The notes: generated by a model not told the origin, from the letters alone. A stretch of DNA of 61,750 nucleotides, filler included, from Basidioascus undulatus (GCA_000826855.1; 7 parts of 7 records of this genome joined end to end with filler, not necessarily neighbours in it), one strand, 5' to 3'. Positions 50,192 to 61,750 are shown, counted from the first letter of the whole stretch. Translations and numbers: made by a program.

Positions 50192-50232
50192 TCCCCGTCG
50201 GCAACCTTTCCCCGTCGGCAACCTTTCCCCGT
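50192..50232. repeat. Short tandem repeat (about 17 bp, about 2.4 copies)
   Basis: TCCCCGTCGGCAACCTT twice, followed by a partial copy. Confidence 0.7.
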
Positions 50233-51182
50233 GTGTAACTGAGTACCTGATGACCGAGGCGAGTGTTTCCGGCCCGAAGGGCCGTGGAAAGGGCGATGTG
50301 GAACGAATGAGGGAGAGGGACGAAGCGACGACTTGGGTGCTGCCGGCGAGGGAGCAGCACGTCGGGCGGGTGGGCCAAGGCAGTGACTGAGAGGGGAAGG
50401 AGCTGGGGGTAGGCTTTCTCTTTTGTTGATTTATTTCTCAGGTCTCCAATAGGAAGGGATCGGTTAGAGTGCCTCACCTGGAGACAAAGAGGTTGCGGTG
50501 GTGAGGGAGGTAAGACTGCGCTCCCTCGCGTGAGGCTTTAATCTGATGATTAGTGCTCCGGCAGCCTGAAAAGCCTGTCCATATACCCAGTCATAAACCG
50601 ATCTCCGCAGGGACTGATCAAAGTACGAACCAGCAGGTGAGTGGCAAGCAGCTTACATAAGTGCTTTTCTGCTCACGGGGTTACCCACTGCATTTACATG
50701 AACCTGGAAGGGAAAATACTTTGCTGTGTAGGATGCTCACGTCTCCCATTGTAGACGCAGGACGCACATTGAAGTGTTGAGCTGCCGTTTCACAAAAATC
50801 TAACCAGAATCGGTGTCATAGTGCACTGCGACTCTTTGCATCTGCTTTCATAGCGCATACAGGGAAGCAGACATGTATCAGAAATTAAAATATAAGGAAG
50901 ATTGATATGTGCTGCTGCGAAAACCGGCATAAAAGTGGTCGAGTAGGGCAGAGGGCGCAAGTCGAGGCGGAAGACCGCCGCGGCGAGCCGGCTGAGCGCC
51001 GAGAAGCCGCTCCCGCGCGACCGCCCCGCCCGCCACCGAGCTCGACGACAACGCATAGGACCGCCCCACCGCCGCCCGCCTCGCCCGTATACTCGCTCTA
51101 TACCTTCCACGTCGATCGTAAATCGCATCTACCATCCGGCGCGGCCCTCTGCGCGCATTTTGGACCCGCATCGCCGCTCGCG

Positions 51183-52938
51183 ATGCCACCTCCGACGCGG
51201 CATGACACGCTGTCGATCAAGCATCGGCTGACGTCCTTGCTGGGGCCGGCGAGGGCGAAGGCGTATTGGACGGCGTTGGGGGCGTTTCTATCGGGGAAGG
51301 TGGGGCGGGTGGATATCGAGCAGGTGATGGAGGGGGGGGGGAAAGAGCTACGTGAGTCGCGCTTCATCTCCCGCTCTTCTCCGCTCTTCTCCGTATCAGA
51401 GGTCGGCTGGGGTGGATGGGATATTGCAGATGCTTTTTGGGGCATTTTTATGGCTGGATTGGGCGGTGAAAGGGCTTCGATAGCGAAGAGGAGGGTCGCG
51501 ACGGCCGCCAGCCTTCACGTGCGAGGGCCCCGGACGCGTCGCGCTTCCCTGCAATATACAGGAGTCCATCCAGCGTCCCCGCTGATTTCGCCAGAAACAA
51601 AAGCCCTTCTCCCAAGAAATCGAATTTGACAATCATGTTCTCCTCGTAGTCAACTTGCATAATCACCTCTTGCTTTCCATCCTGCACAACGCGTCCCTCC
51701 CCATCGTACCGCCCTCCGCCTCTGCTCCCACATCTCCTCCCTCATCATTATCAAAACGCAAGCGCGACTCGCTTGCCCCGCGCCCGCTGGACTCGAAGCG
51801 CCCGCGGACGCAGGAGCGCGACGCGATCCGCGCAATAGGGAAGCGCGAGCGCGAGCGCTTGAAGGGATTGGCCGAGGGGCGGGAGGCGAAGGTCGAGCCG
51901 CCGATGGCGGAGCGGGTGGGGAGGATACCGAACGGATGGAAGATGCGCCCAAGTAAGCCACCCATTTGTATTTGAGTGGGAGTCGGAGCTGACCAGGTGA
52001 TCGTTTGCAGATCCACCTATACCCGACCCGCCGCTTTGCTCGGAACTCGGCCACCTCCCAACGCCCGAGACGCTTCATGCTCTCATGGCACATATAGCGT
52101 CGGACGCCGGGCTTACGGGGGGCGTCGAGCGTTCGGCTGTGTTACTACTCCAGTCTGGGCTCGAGGTTCGTTTCTTTGTCTCCTCCTACTGTGCGGCATC
52201 GGTTAACCTTGGACCTGCGCCAACAGAGTCACCTCAAAACCATCCTCACGTCCGTGCTCGACAAGCTCCGTGCAAACCGAGCGACCGGCATTCGTACCTC
52301 ACCAGCCGCCGCCCCCTCCTCGCCCTCAAAACTCGCCGCGTCACCTCGCAAACGGCCCGCCGCCGAACTCGCCGCTCCTCCTTCTCCCCCGACCACTCTC
52401 TTCTCTCCACCTCGACCGCCGGACAAGCCGACCCTGGCCAGCTCGCCGCGCGGTCCAAGCGCGCCGGCAACGATGCTCTTCTCCCCGTCGCAGCCGGAAG
52501 CGAGCTCGCTCTTCGCGCGGCCGGACTCGCCCGAGGGCAGGAGTCCAGCGAAGCCCTCACCCGAACAGCTCGTGCCCGAGCAGGTCCAGGCAGAAAACGG
52601 CACGGCGGTTGCGGCTGCAGAGGAGGAGCGTCAACCGACGCTCACCGTCGACGACCTCTCGTTCGGCCTCGAATCCTCGCCGTGGCTAGCCGTCGAGCCT
52701 CTCGGCGCGCTAGGCAGATTCTACGTCAAGCGCTCCTTGTCCTCTTTCTCTCCGCCGCCTTCGGACGACGAGGAAGAGGAAGAGGGCGAACCTGCCGGTC
52801 TCCCACTCCTTCTGCGCCCGCCCTCGCCTCCTGCCCCATCCCCTTCCCCTACGCCGCCCGACCGCCCCCCGCATCCTCAGCAAGGGCGTGAACGCTTCAC
52901 GCTCTCCTCGCAAAACCAGCTCGCACTCCTCCTCTCCT
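51183..52938 (+). CDS. ADA1: SAGA complex subunit Ada1/Hfi1 (SAGA-Tad1 domain), 3'-truncated
   Basis: YWTALGAFLSGK, LHNHLLLSILHNA, LPTPETLHALMAHIASDAGLTGGV..GLE|SHLKTIL, LTVDDL. Confidence 0.8.
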
Positions 52939-53038
52939 NNNNNNNNNNNNNNNNNNNNNNNNNNNNNNNNNNNNNNNNNNNNTTAATTAATTAANNNNNN
53001 NNNNNNNNNNNNNNNNNNNNNNNNNNNNNNNNNNNNNN
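52939..53038. other. Artificial contig spacer
   Basis: N-run with TTAATTAATTAA. Confidence 0.97.
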
Positions 53039-53197
53039 CTGCGGCGGGGGGCGTGGCGTTCGGGGCGGGCGCGGCGATCGTACGTTCTTCCCTCCATCTC
53101 ACTCTTTTGCACTCTTTCGCCCGATGACCCCAGTTTTACATGAACTGACCGACGTGTGGGGATAAAGGGCGGCGGAATCATCAACGCCATCTTCTGA
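53039..53197 (+). CDS. C-terminus of an Lsb1/Pin3-like SH3 protein, 5'-truncated
   Basis: AAGGVAFGAGAAI|GGGIINAIF* across intron 53080-53167; resembles the FGAG..G..I.N.IF C-terminus of the Pin3/Lsb1 family. The SH3 domain itself is not in the window. Confidence 0.65.
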
Positions 53198-53885
53198 TTG
53201 CCTTCCGTGCGCACACTTCCATCGCTCGTTCGCTCTCTTCTACCCCTCCAGCGCTTCTCACACTCGCTCGCGATCGGTTCACTTGGGAACGCACAGGATA
53301 CCCCACGCTCATTCGCTTCCGCATCTCTCGCACCCGCCCGCTCGTTCGTTCTCGTTTCCGGTGCCATCCCGTCTGACATGCTCCCTTTCTCTCTCTCCGC
53401 CCTCCGACCGTCCTCGTCGCCGCCGTGCTTTCCCTTCTTGTGCGGTGCTGGTTCGGAGGGGCAATGGACAGTTCCCATCTCATCTAATCCGCTCGTTCCC
53501 TTCGTTCCGTTTCGTTCAGTTTCAGTTTACTCGCTTTCCTCGTCTAGTTCACTCCTCTCCTGCCCGTATCGTACTTTGTTGGGGACAGGCGCATACACGC
53601 TCATTGCTCTTGCTCTTTGCTCTTTATACTTCGCTTCGCTGGCGCTGGGATAGCTGGGTTGTGTACTTCCCTGAGTTGGGCGGGTCGTGCTGAATGGAAG
53701 ACGCAACCGCACAGAAGGGCAGGGTGCCGGTCACCAGGGGAAGTTCCAAGATTCAAGCAGCGCATGCATGCCATGCAGTTCCGCTTCTCTTTCCTCGGCT
53801 CGTCTGCCTGGGATTCTGTCTGTCTCGCACTGCGCAATACTCGATCCTCGATCCGTGCTCACCCAATATTTGTCCTATCACTTAT

Positions 53886-53905
53886 ACACACACACACACA
53901 CACAC
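53886..53905. repeat. (AC)10 microsatellite
   Basis: Direct reading. Confidence 0.9.
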
Positions 53906-55289
53906 TTGCCTTCCGTGTGACTGAGCACCACGGAGATCAGCGCCGTCCTCTCGCCTCTTGGTTCGACCTAGTCACGGCGCGCATTAGGCATTGCACGACC
54001 GCACGAGGCTGTATCGGCTGCCGGTACAGGCTCAGAAGCAAGCACTTCCTTACCTCTTCCCTGGATTACGTTCAAGGTGGTTTCACGCCAGGCTCTACGG
54101 AGAATTTGGCGGGCTGGTATCTAAAGCCTGGCTGGAGCGGTGTTGCTGTCGCAGTGCGGCGTCTTCTCGCGCTGGGAGTCGTTTGATCTTCTTCAGTGGA
54201 GTCAGGGTGGAACGGTACCCCACAAGTGGCGTTTTACAAACGACGGGCATTATATACACCATCACAATAGAATGGCACTTTGTGCGATCTTCATGAATGG
54301 GGGACACCGTGCACTGCGGACAGACAGGCAGATCTATCGGTCTCTCTTTACCGGTTAAACGCAAGCTCTAAGGGCACAATCTAGTACGAGATCATTGGGG
54401 ATTATCAGTCTTCAGTTCCCATTGGTAGCAAACCTCTCGTGCCGGCGGCATAGACGACGAAAGCGCGCAACTCAGCCAACCCTTCCCCAACGCAATGCTG
54501 CCGCTGCGCCTCTGCCCCTGATCCAAGCACCAGACGCCATCTGGAAGAGGCAAAACTTCTGAAGCCAGAAGGAAGCTGTCCACTATCTCTACATGTCGTT
54601 GCAACTCGGCGAAAATGAGGTTCTCCCACCTAGTTGAGGCATTGAGAAACTTTCGGTGGCCGCGGTCGGTCAGTCTGCAAGGTGCAGTGCGGCGGCTTCG
54701 TACGCTAGCGTAGACGTACTGAGTTCAATTTTCCTAGATCCCTAGGTTATACAATATACGTCGCGAAGAAAGTGGACGGAACGCGCACGGAATGCGGCTC
54801 GAGGAGTGCGGATGGTCGCTGCGGAAAAGAATCACTTGCTCGCACACCCAGCGCGAAGTCGTTTATCGGAACTAGGAGATCATGCACATGGGATATGGAC
54901 TACATGTGTTCTACTGAAAATGCAGACAAAAAAGGAAAACATGGCACTACCAGTACGTCTGTCGTTCGCTTCCACCCTCCCGCATTCCCCCAGCCTCTCC
55001 CCCTTTAGGGTCCCTCTCCCACCGCGCCTCACTTATCCTCCTCCTCCATCTCTTCTACTCCTCCTCTTCCCACTCCCGGTCATTGCAAAGCCTCCTCAAC
55101 GTCGCCTGAGCCCGCGAGTGGAACCCGTCCACCTCGCCCTCCCTCCACAGCCGGTCGCGCTCCTACTTCATCTATTTCGACGATATCGAGGCAATTACCT
55201 CCACCGAGCTGATAACAAGTTACTAAGAAGCACGCCGTTCAGGCAAGCTCACTTCGTCCGACGTCCCGAGCAGGCTGGGACAAGAGAAA

Positions 55290-56310
55290 AACGGCTCACC
55301 AAGCATTTCCAACCCCGGGAATTCCCGACGGTAAGGGGTTCTCTCGGACCGACGACATGCACGACAACAACGAACTTCCACGACATAAAACATGCCCGAT
55401 GTCTGCGGACAGGATCCAAACGCACGACCGACCCACACGACCGACCCACACGGCACAGGCGTCCAACACAAAGGACCGACAAACAGCCACAGACCCAAAA
55501 GGACGGTCAGGCACAAATACCGGGAACAAGTGTAGCCCGTGCGGTCCGGAGAACGCACGGGCTCAGGAAGAGCAGGAGTTCGCCGGCAGGCTGCGAGCAA
55601 TCTCGAGTGATTCGACGGGAAGGAGGGGTGGGAAGGGACTGTATAGCCTGGGTACTTCAGTGGGGTACCTCGGTAGAGTCCGTGTGATATTAGGGAAAGA
55701 CACAAAGGCCACGAGTCCTTGATTCTGAAAAAAGAACTGGAGGACTTTAAGGAGGATCACGCGAGCTTACGGCGCAATGAGAATGGGAATAAAAAGAGGA
55801 ATGTGAGCTTATCGGAGGTTCTTCAGCGACCTAAGGGCTTGCCGAAAGGGGGCCTGCCGAAAGGGTTGCTCCGCAGAGTGACGGTACGTGGAGTGTACCC
55901 CATAATGTTTGATGAAAGACCGGGGGACTCGGGTGCTTGAGGCTGAGGGGAAGGGGGAAAGGTGGTGGTCGAGAAGGAGATGGGCGCTGAGGAACGACCG
56001 AGACGACCGCAGCCCGTGTGCCCCGGAGGAGCACACGGTCTTGGGGAACAATAAAAGAGGGGATACGAGACGAACCAGAGTTTATCGGAGATCGGCGAGT
56101 GACTTGCGAGCTTGCGAGCTTGCCGAAAGGGACCTGTGAAGAAGGTAGCTCCGTAGAGTGGTACGCGTTAGTGGGAGCTCCGTGGAGCTCGATGATTGGA
56201 GCGGGGGTTGGCGTCGGGAAGAGTAGGGGTTAATAAAGATGTGGGGATGGAGATGGAGCGGAGAGCAAGAGTGGTGAGCGAGCGAGAGAGTGGCGGGTGC
56301 GGGTGCGGAT
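55290..56310 (-). ncRNA. Candidate structured non-coding element, copy Y, with internal duplicated module
   Basis: Array of CTC-YNCG-GAG hairpins, two copies of an ~80-nt module, two related long hairpins, and islands shared with copy X. No credible ORF. Confidence 0.5.
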
Positions 56311-57206
56311 ACAGGTGAGGCTCGTGAATGTGCCTCGGCGCAACTGGCACAAGGACGCCTGCATAGTTCTCGCATTGATAATGCATATCGATTGTATATT
56401 TCCTCTGAGAGAATCCGGTATAACTGGTAAAAACAGAACAGCGACAAGCCCAAGTGGGCAGGTAGGCAGACAGCGGGAACGCATAGCAGCACCAATGGGC
56501 AAGGGCACACAACGACGGATTTAACAAACCTCTCAGTCAATGATTCACCACATGAGATATCTCTCTAACCATGCGCCTTCCGAACGAGCTCGCTCTCTCG
56601 ACCCTCAACCTCGTCTGCAGTATGCGACGCTTTCCCAGAAAGCGTGGCGGTCCCGGCCGTTCCTGCCGGCTTAGCAGCATCTCCAGACAATGATCTCTGC
56701 GAAAGTTTCCCTGAAAAACTGTCATATCAACGTGTATGATTCAGGTGCAGCAAGACTTGCTTCGCGCGCTGCCTTTTGTGAGCCCAGCGAGCTTGCTTCC
56801 TCCGCCTGCCCGCTGTCTCCCAGCTGCATCACATTCGGCCGTTCGCAGTTGCAACGTGTCGGCTATCAAGGCCTATCAACGCCACCGACTGTGCAACACA
56901 GCTGCTCTGAGTTGGGCGAGGTGGACAACAAAGCCCCATCGTACAACGCAACTCAAGTCAGTCCTAGAAGACTGGCGAGTCGGGTGCAGGCCCAAACAAA
57001 CGGCGACCAAGGCATCGATCAAAAGCTTCTCATTTCATTTCTATTATGCGGTGACGCCCGCGCCCACGGCGGGGTCCGGTACAATGTGGTGCGACAACGA
57101 ACAGAACAGGTGGATTTCAAACGAGTACGAGCAAGAAGGAAGAGCAACAAAGGCAAGAACAGGAGACAGGGATCCACCGCTGCCTCCTGGAAGCTGGTGC
57201 GGGCGC

Positions 57207-59437
57207 TTAAGCCTGTGGGTGGCGGAGTATCTCGTCAGCAGGTGCGGAAGAGGGAAGGGAGAGGAGGGATGATGGGGGAGGCAAACGGACCTTGTTCTTG
57301 AACATCTCGTTGATCGCGCGCGAGCTGTACGACTTGGGGCGCTCGAGGGGCATACCGAGGGCGCGGTCCTGTTCGCCGTCCATCGCATAACGTTAGATGT
57401 CAGTATCGAACGAGAGCGGGGTGAGAGAAGCAGGGAAGAGGGAGGGAACGGCTACGCACCCAGAGGAGCTGGGCACCGACACCGAGCGCGCGGGAGACAC
57501 CGAAGAGGACGGTGTAGAACGACTGCTGGTCTGTTGTGCGGGGAGACGGAGTCAGTTGGAGGTGAACTCGGCGATGAGAAAGTGGGAAGTGGGTGAGGAG
57601 AGGGAGGGAAGAGAGGGACGCACTGAAGCCGTAGTGGGTGAGGAGGACGCCGGAGTGAGCGTCGACGTTGGGCCAGGGGTTCTTGGCCTTGCCAGCCTCC
57701 AGAAGGACACCGGGGACGATGTTGTAAATCTGGTTAACGAGCTTGAAGAGCTTGTCGTCCTTGAGGTGCTTGAGCGCGAACTCGCGCTGGGCGGTGTAGC
57801 GCGGGTCGGTCTTGCGGAGGACGGCGTGGCCGTAGCCGGGGACGACGCGGCCTGACTTGAGGGTGGACCAAACGTACTCGCGCACTTGGTCGTCCGTCGC
57901 GTCCTCGCCGATCTTGGACCGCATCTCGAGCAGCCAGTTCAGGACCTCCTGGTTCGCCAGCCCGTGCAACGGGCCCGCGAGACCATTCAGCGCGGCGGAG
58001 AAGGAGAGGAACGGGTCGGAGAGCGCCGAGCCGACCAGGTGGCCCGTGTGCGCGGAGACGTTGCCACCCTCGTGGTCACTGCGAGCGAAGCGAGACAAGA
58101 ACGAAGCGAGCGCAGAACGAGGTCAGTCGGTTGAAGGAACTGGGAAGGGAGGGGGATGGGGAGGGGAGGTGAAGACGCACGAGTGGATGGTGAGGTAGAG
58201 GCGCATGAGCTCGACAAACTCCTTGTTCTCGCCGTAGCCGAGGAGGGTGGCGAGGTTGTGCGAGTAGTCCTTGTTGAGGTCGATCTGCTCGTGCTTGCCC
58301 TCGCCGAAGACGTTCTGGTAGATGCGGCCGGCGACGGTGGGGAGCTTGGCTAGAACCCGAGGAAAGAACGCAGTTCAGCGAATGCGCGGGAGAGACGGCG
58401 GTTCGGGAAACGCACCGATGAGGTCCTGGACGTCCTCGAAGGTCGGGTCCCAGTAGAGCTTCTTGTTGACGCCCTCCTGGTACGCCTTGGCGAACGCGGA
58501 GTCGTGGTTAAGCTGTCCGTCGATCTCCCCCAGCGTCAGCCCATTGCTCTTCCGGTAAAGAAACTAACTGAAAGAGGCAGAGGGAAGAGAAGAGTAAGGG
58601 AGAAAGAACGCACAGCAGTGACGGCGAGCGAGAACTGGCTCATGGGGTGGAGGGTCTTGGGGCACGAGTCGATGAGCTCCTCGACGAACTTGGGGATCTT
58701 CGCGCGCGCAGCCCAGTCCTCGGAGAGGCCCTTGACCTGCTCAGCGGTGGGCACCTCGCCCGTGACGAGGAGCCAGAAGAGCGCCTCGGGGAGCGGCTCG
58801 GAACCACCGGGGGCGGCAGGGAGCTTCTCCTGGCACTCGGCTGATCGCCACCAAGAGAAGAATGTCAGTATCGGCGGTGGGACGGGAATGAGGGGGAGAG
58901 GGGACGCACGGATGGTCAGGCCACGGAAGCGGATGCCCTCGTCTGATGGGATGAGCGAGTGTGGAACGTCAGCGGCGTTCGCGCTTCACCGATGAGAGGA
59001 GCCACTCACCGGCGTCAAGGACAGAGCCCTCCCAGACGAGGCCCTTGATGCCGCGCATGCCGCCGTAGGCCTGGTCGACGGTGACCTCGCCGAACGACTT
59101 GTGGCCGTGGTCGGCGCGGACCTTCTTGACCTGTCCTCGTCCCCATCGCGTATCAGCGCGATCTTTCAGGGAAGGAGAGGGAGGGACGACGCACAAACTC
59201 CTGCTCCTGGGGGATGAGCTCCGCAAAGCGCTCCTTGAGCGTCTGGGGCTTGCCCGAGGCGTACGAGCGCGCTTGGATGGAGGCGAGGCGGGAGGCCTTG
59301 TTCTGTGGTAGCGGGGGAAGGAGGAAGACGCAGCATCAGCGTCAGCGGCCCGCGCCCTCGAGACGGAGCATAGCTAGACTACGCTATGAAGAATAATGAT
59401 GAATTACAGTGTGGCGGGCAACGGCGCGGAAGACCAT
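57207..59437 (-). CDS. CIT1: Mitochondrial citrate synthase
   Basis: Presequence [106 protein letters not shown]; last coding exon GCTTAA. Confidence 0.97.
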
Positions 59438-60042
59438 TGTTTTGATTGAGTGTGGATGTGGGAGGATGCGCGAAGGAGGAAGGCGGTGGATGGGGAAAGA
59501 GAAGACACGATCGAGCGAAAAGAGCGGGGCTTGCGCGCGAGAAGAGGCCGTGCGTGAAGTGCTGGCGAGGGCGACGTCGGGGAACAAGTCCGCCGGCCGC
59601 CGTCGTCATCGCTGGACCGCTCATCAACACACACTCTCTTCCCGCTCATCTCCGAGATGCTTCGCTGTGAAACGACGGGCTTTCCGTCAAGTTTCAGCTT
59701 GGATCATAGATGGGTTACTAGCATTTCGGGCACTTTTGGTATTAAAAACACTACACTTGCCTGTACCCAACCGAAACGGTGCCAAATTGCCCATCGAAGC
59801 CCGCACGTCCTTATCGGACGTGATCGGCAGCACTCCTAAGCGCCTTCGTTCTGCGCTGCGACAGGTCCCAGCCCCATCTTCCGTCCGCGGAATAGCCACC
59901 GGCACCGCGGGCCGAGCCGCGCGAGCACTGCCCACTTCCCCGCACGGTCCGAGATCTTGTCCATTCACGTTCATCCCCTCGCGCTCGCTCGCCCACCTCT
60001 ATCCACGCTCCCTTACCCACACCACACCACCACACCGATCTC

Positions 60043-61750
60043 ATGGCGTACAACGGCGGCTATCCGGGCGGGGCGTACCGCGGAAACGGCGGTTATCCAG
60101 GGGCGGGCCACGCCGGGGGAGGGTGAGGCGAACTTGGGTCGGGAGGACACGGAGCGAGTTGCTGATGGACCTTGGTCGCGTGTCTTCTTCCAGCTGGGCA
60201 CAGGCGCCGCCGCCTCCTCAGCAGGGATACTAGTGAGCGCTCCACTGCTGTCTCGGAGGTGCTCGTCGGAGGGGAAGCCGAATCCTGATTCTTATGCGTT
60301 CGACCGCGCCCACTTCGCAGTCCGCCGCCGCAGGGATACCCGCCCCCGTCGGGCCCGCCGCAGGGCTGGGGACAGGGCACCAAGTGTGTTCTTCCGTGAC
60401 CGTCCGCAATGCGCTCTGGGGACTCAATATCGCTAATGTCTGGGAACCATCGGCAGCCTCTACGCACCCCCCCAGGGCCCGCCGCCTAACCACCAGTACC
60501 CCGCCGAGTCCGTTACTCACCTCCCTCCCATCACTCACCCAGACACTCACACCCGCTCATCTCATCAAACCCTCGATCGATTGAACAGCTACAGGCACCA
60601 GAACCAGTACGCGCCCCCGCCCGGGCCGCCAGGCGGTGCTCGTCCGTCTCCCTCCCACCCCACCTTTCACCTCCCATCTCCCCACTCACTTCGCTTCGAG
60701 CAGAACGCCCCCCGAGCGGATACGTGCATGCCGGACCGCAGAACAGCGGGTTCAAGTGCGTTGCTTTCCCCGCGAACGCGCAGTGGAGGAGGCGGACGCT
60801 GAAGGCTGTGGTGGGACACAGCTACCAGTACTCGCAATGTACGGGGAAGAAGAAGGCCCTTCTCATCGGGATCAAGTGCGCTCTTCGTCGTATGCTGTAT
60901 GTTGGAGGGGAATTGAACGCTGATTTGAGGGGGGAGTTGGATAGCTACCCCGGCACGTCCGCCGAGTTGCGCGGGTGCCACAACGACGCGAAGAACATGC
61001 AGCGGTTCTTGATCCGTGCGCCCATCCCTTTCCCACCACATTCTTCTTCCCTCTTTCTCTCTCTCACCTGCTTACCGCCCCGCGTCGAGTCAGAGCGGTA
61101 CGGATATAAGGCGGACGACATCGTCATGCGTGCGTCATGCACCTATATGCGCTCTTACTGCCGAAACTCACGCTGCCTTGGGAATAGTGCTTGATGGGCC
61201 GGGCGCGAACCACCGCTCTAGTGCGTTTCCTCGCTGGTTTGTGAATGGTGAATTGACAGGCTGATGCGTGTGCACTTCGATGCAGTCCCCACCCGCGCAA
61301 ACATGACCGCCGCGATGGGGTGGCTTGTCCAGGGCGCACAGCCCAAGTCCGTCTTGCTGCTGTCCCTTTCCGCGCCGTTCGATCGACAAATACTGACGCT
61401 GATATGCGGGATCCAGCGATTCGCTCTTCTTCCACTGTACGTTCGCCCACCCCGCTCCCATCCGCACGCTCGCATACTCATCTAACGGCACTACCAGATT
61501 CCGGGCATGGCGGGTGAGGATTTACTGGAGTTGATTGCAAGGCGGAAAGGACTGACGTTGGTGGGATGGGATGGGGTGGGGTGGGATGAAAGGCAGACAA
61601 AGAACACCGCGGGCGACGAGGCGGACGGGTACGACGAGACGATTTATCCGTGCGACTTCAAGAGCTCGGGGCAGATCAGTGCGTCCCCCATCCCAGTCAC
61701 CTACCCCTCTTTCCGAACTTCTTCCGCCCCTCCCCGATCCTCCGGACTAC
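60043..61750 (+). CDS. MCA1: Type I metacaspase, 3'-truncated
   Basis: Gly/Tyr/Pro/Gln prodomain, YSQCTGKKKALLIGIN|YPG..LRGCHND, PTRANM..AM.WLV, DSLFFH|YSGHGG, GDEADGYDETIYPCDF. Confidence 0.93.

Noticed and set aside
55290..55570. Canonical H/ACA or C/D snoRNA
   Set aside because: The hairpin followed by ACA has no pseudouridylation pocket, the ACA is not conserved in copy X, and I found no H box, C/D pair or clear rRNA antisense element.
55780..55900. Hammerhead or HDV-like ribozyme in copy Y (CTGAAGA on the minus strand, GAAA loops on the plus strand)
   Set aside because: The core motifs are on opposite strands and I could not build the required stems or nested pseudoknot by eye. A descriptor-based search would be needed to exclude it fully.
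54806..56540. Long ORFs (293 aa plus strand, several minus strand) over copy Y, and the shared APRSxx* ending in X and Y
   Set aside because: Low-complexity translations with no family motifs or typical codon bias. The shared codons are equally explained by the GCTC-CACG-GAG hairpin, and Y has no nearby ATG matching X.

Overview
Intron-rich fungal DNA, most likely basidiomycete (GT-AG introns of about 50-70 nt, CTRAC branch sites, GC-rich codons). The window is not one locus. It is seven contigs joined by 100-nt N/TTAATTAATTAA/N spacers and sorted by decreasing length (about 8.76 to 8.71 kb), so adjacency across spacers is meaningless. Recognisable genes: ALKBH6-like dioxygenase, a RanBP2-type zinc-finger protein, a GDXG lipase/esterase, an internally truncated UNC-93-like transporter, XMAP215/Stu2/Alp14, PGK, Arc1-like, two tandem aldo-keto reductases, the 3' end of MLH1, a GH47 alpha-1,2-mannosidase with about 24 introns, SAGA Ada1, the 3' end of an Lsb1/Pin3-like gene, citrate synthase and metacaspase. 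There are also tRNA-Leu(AAG), intron-containing tRNA-Ser(CGA), a degenerate tRNA-Glu(CTC) and several decayed membrane-anchored F-box-like genes. The most interesting signal is a non-coding element found on two different contigs (about 10.9-11.4 kb and 55.3-56.3 kb). The copies share collinear conserved islands, including an identical 28-mer hairpin, and carry several C(YNCG)G tetraloop stem-loops. This is a candidate structured ncRNA family or non-autonomous element that I could not assign. All gene models were spliced by eye and no database searches were run.
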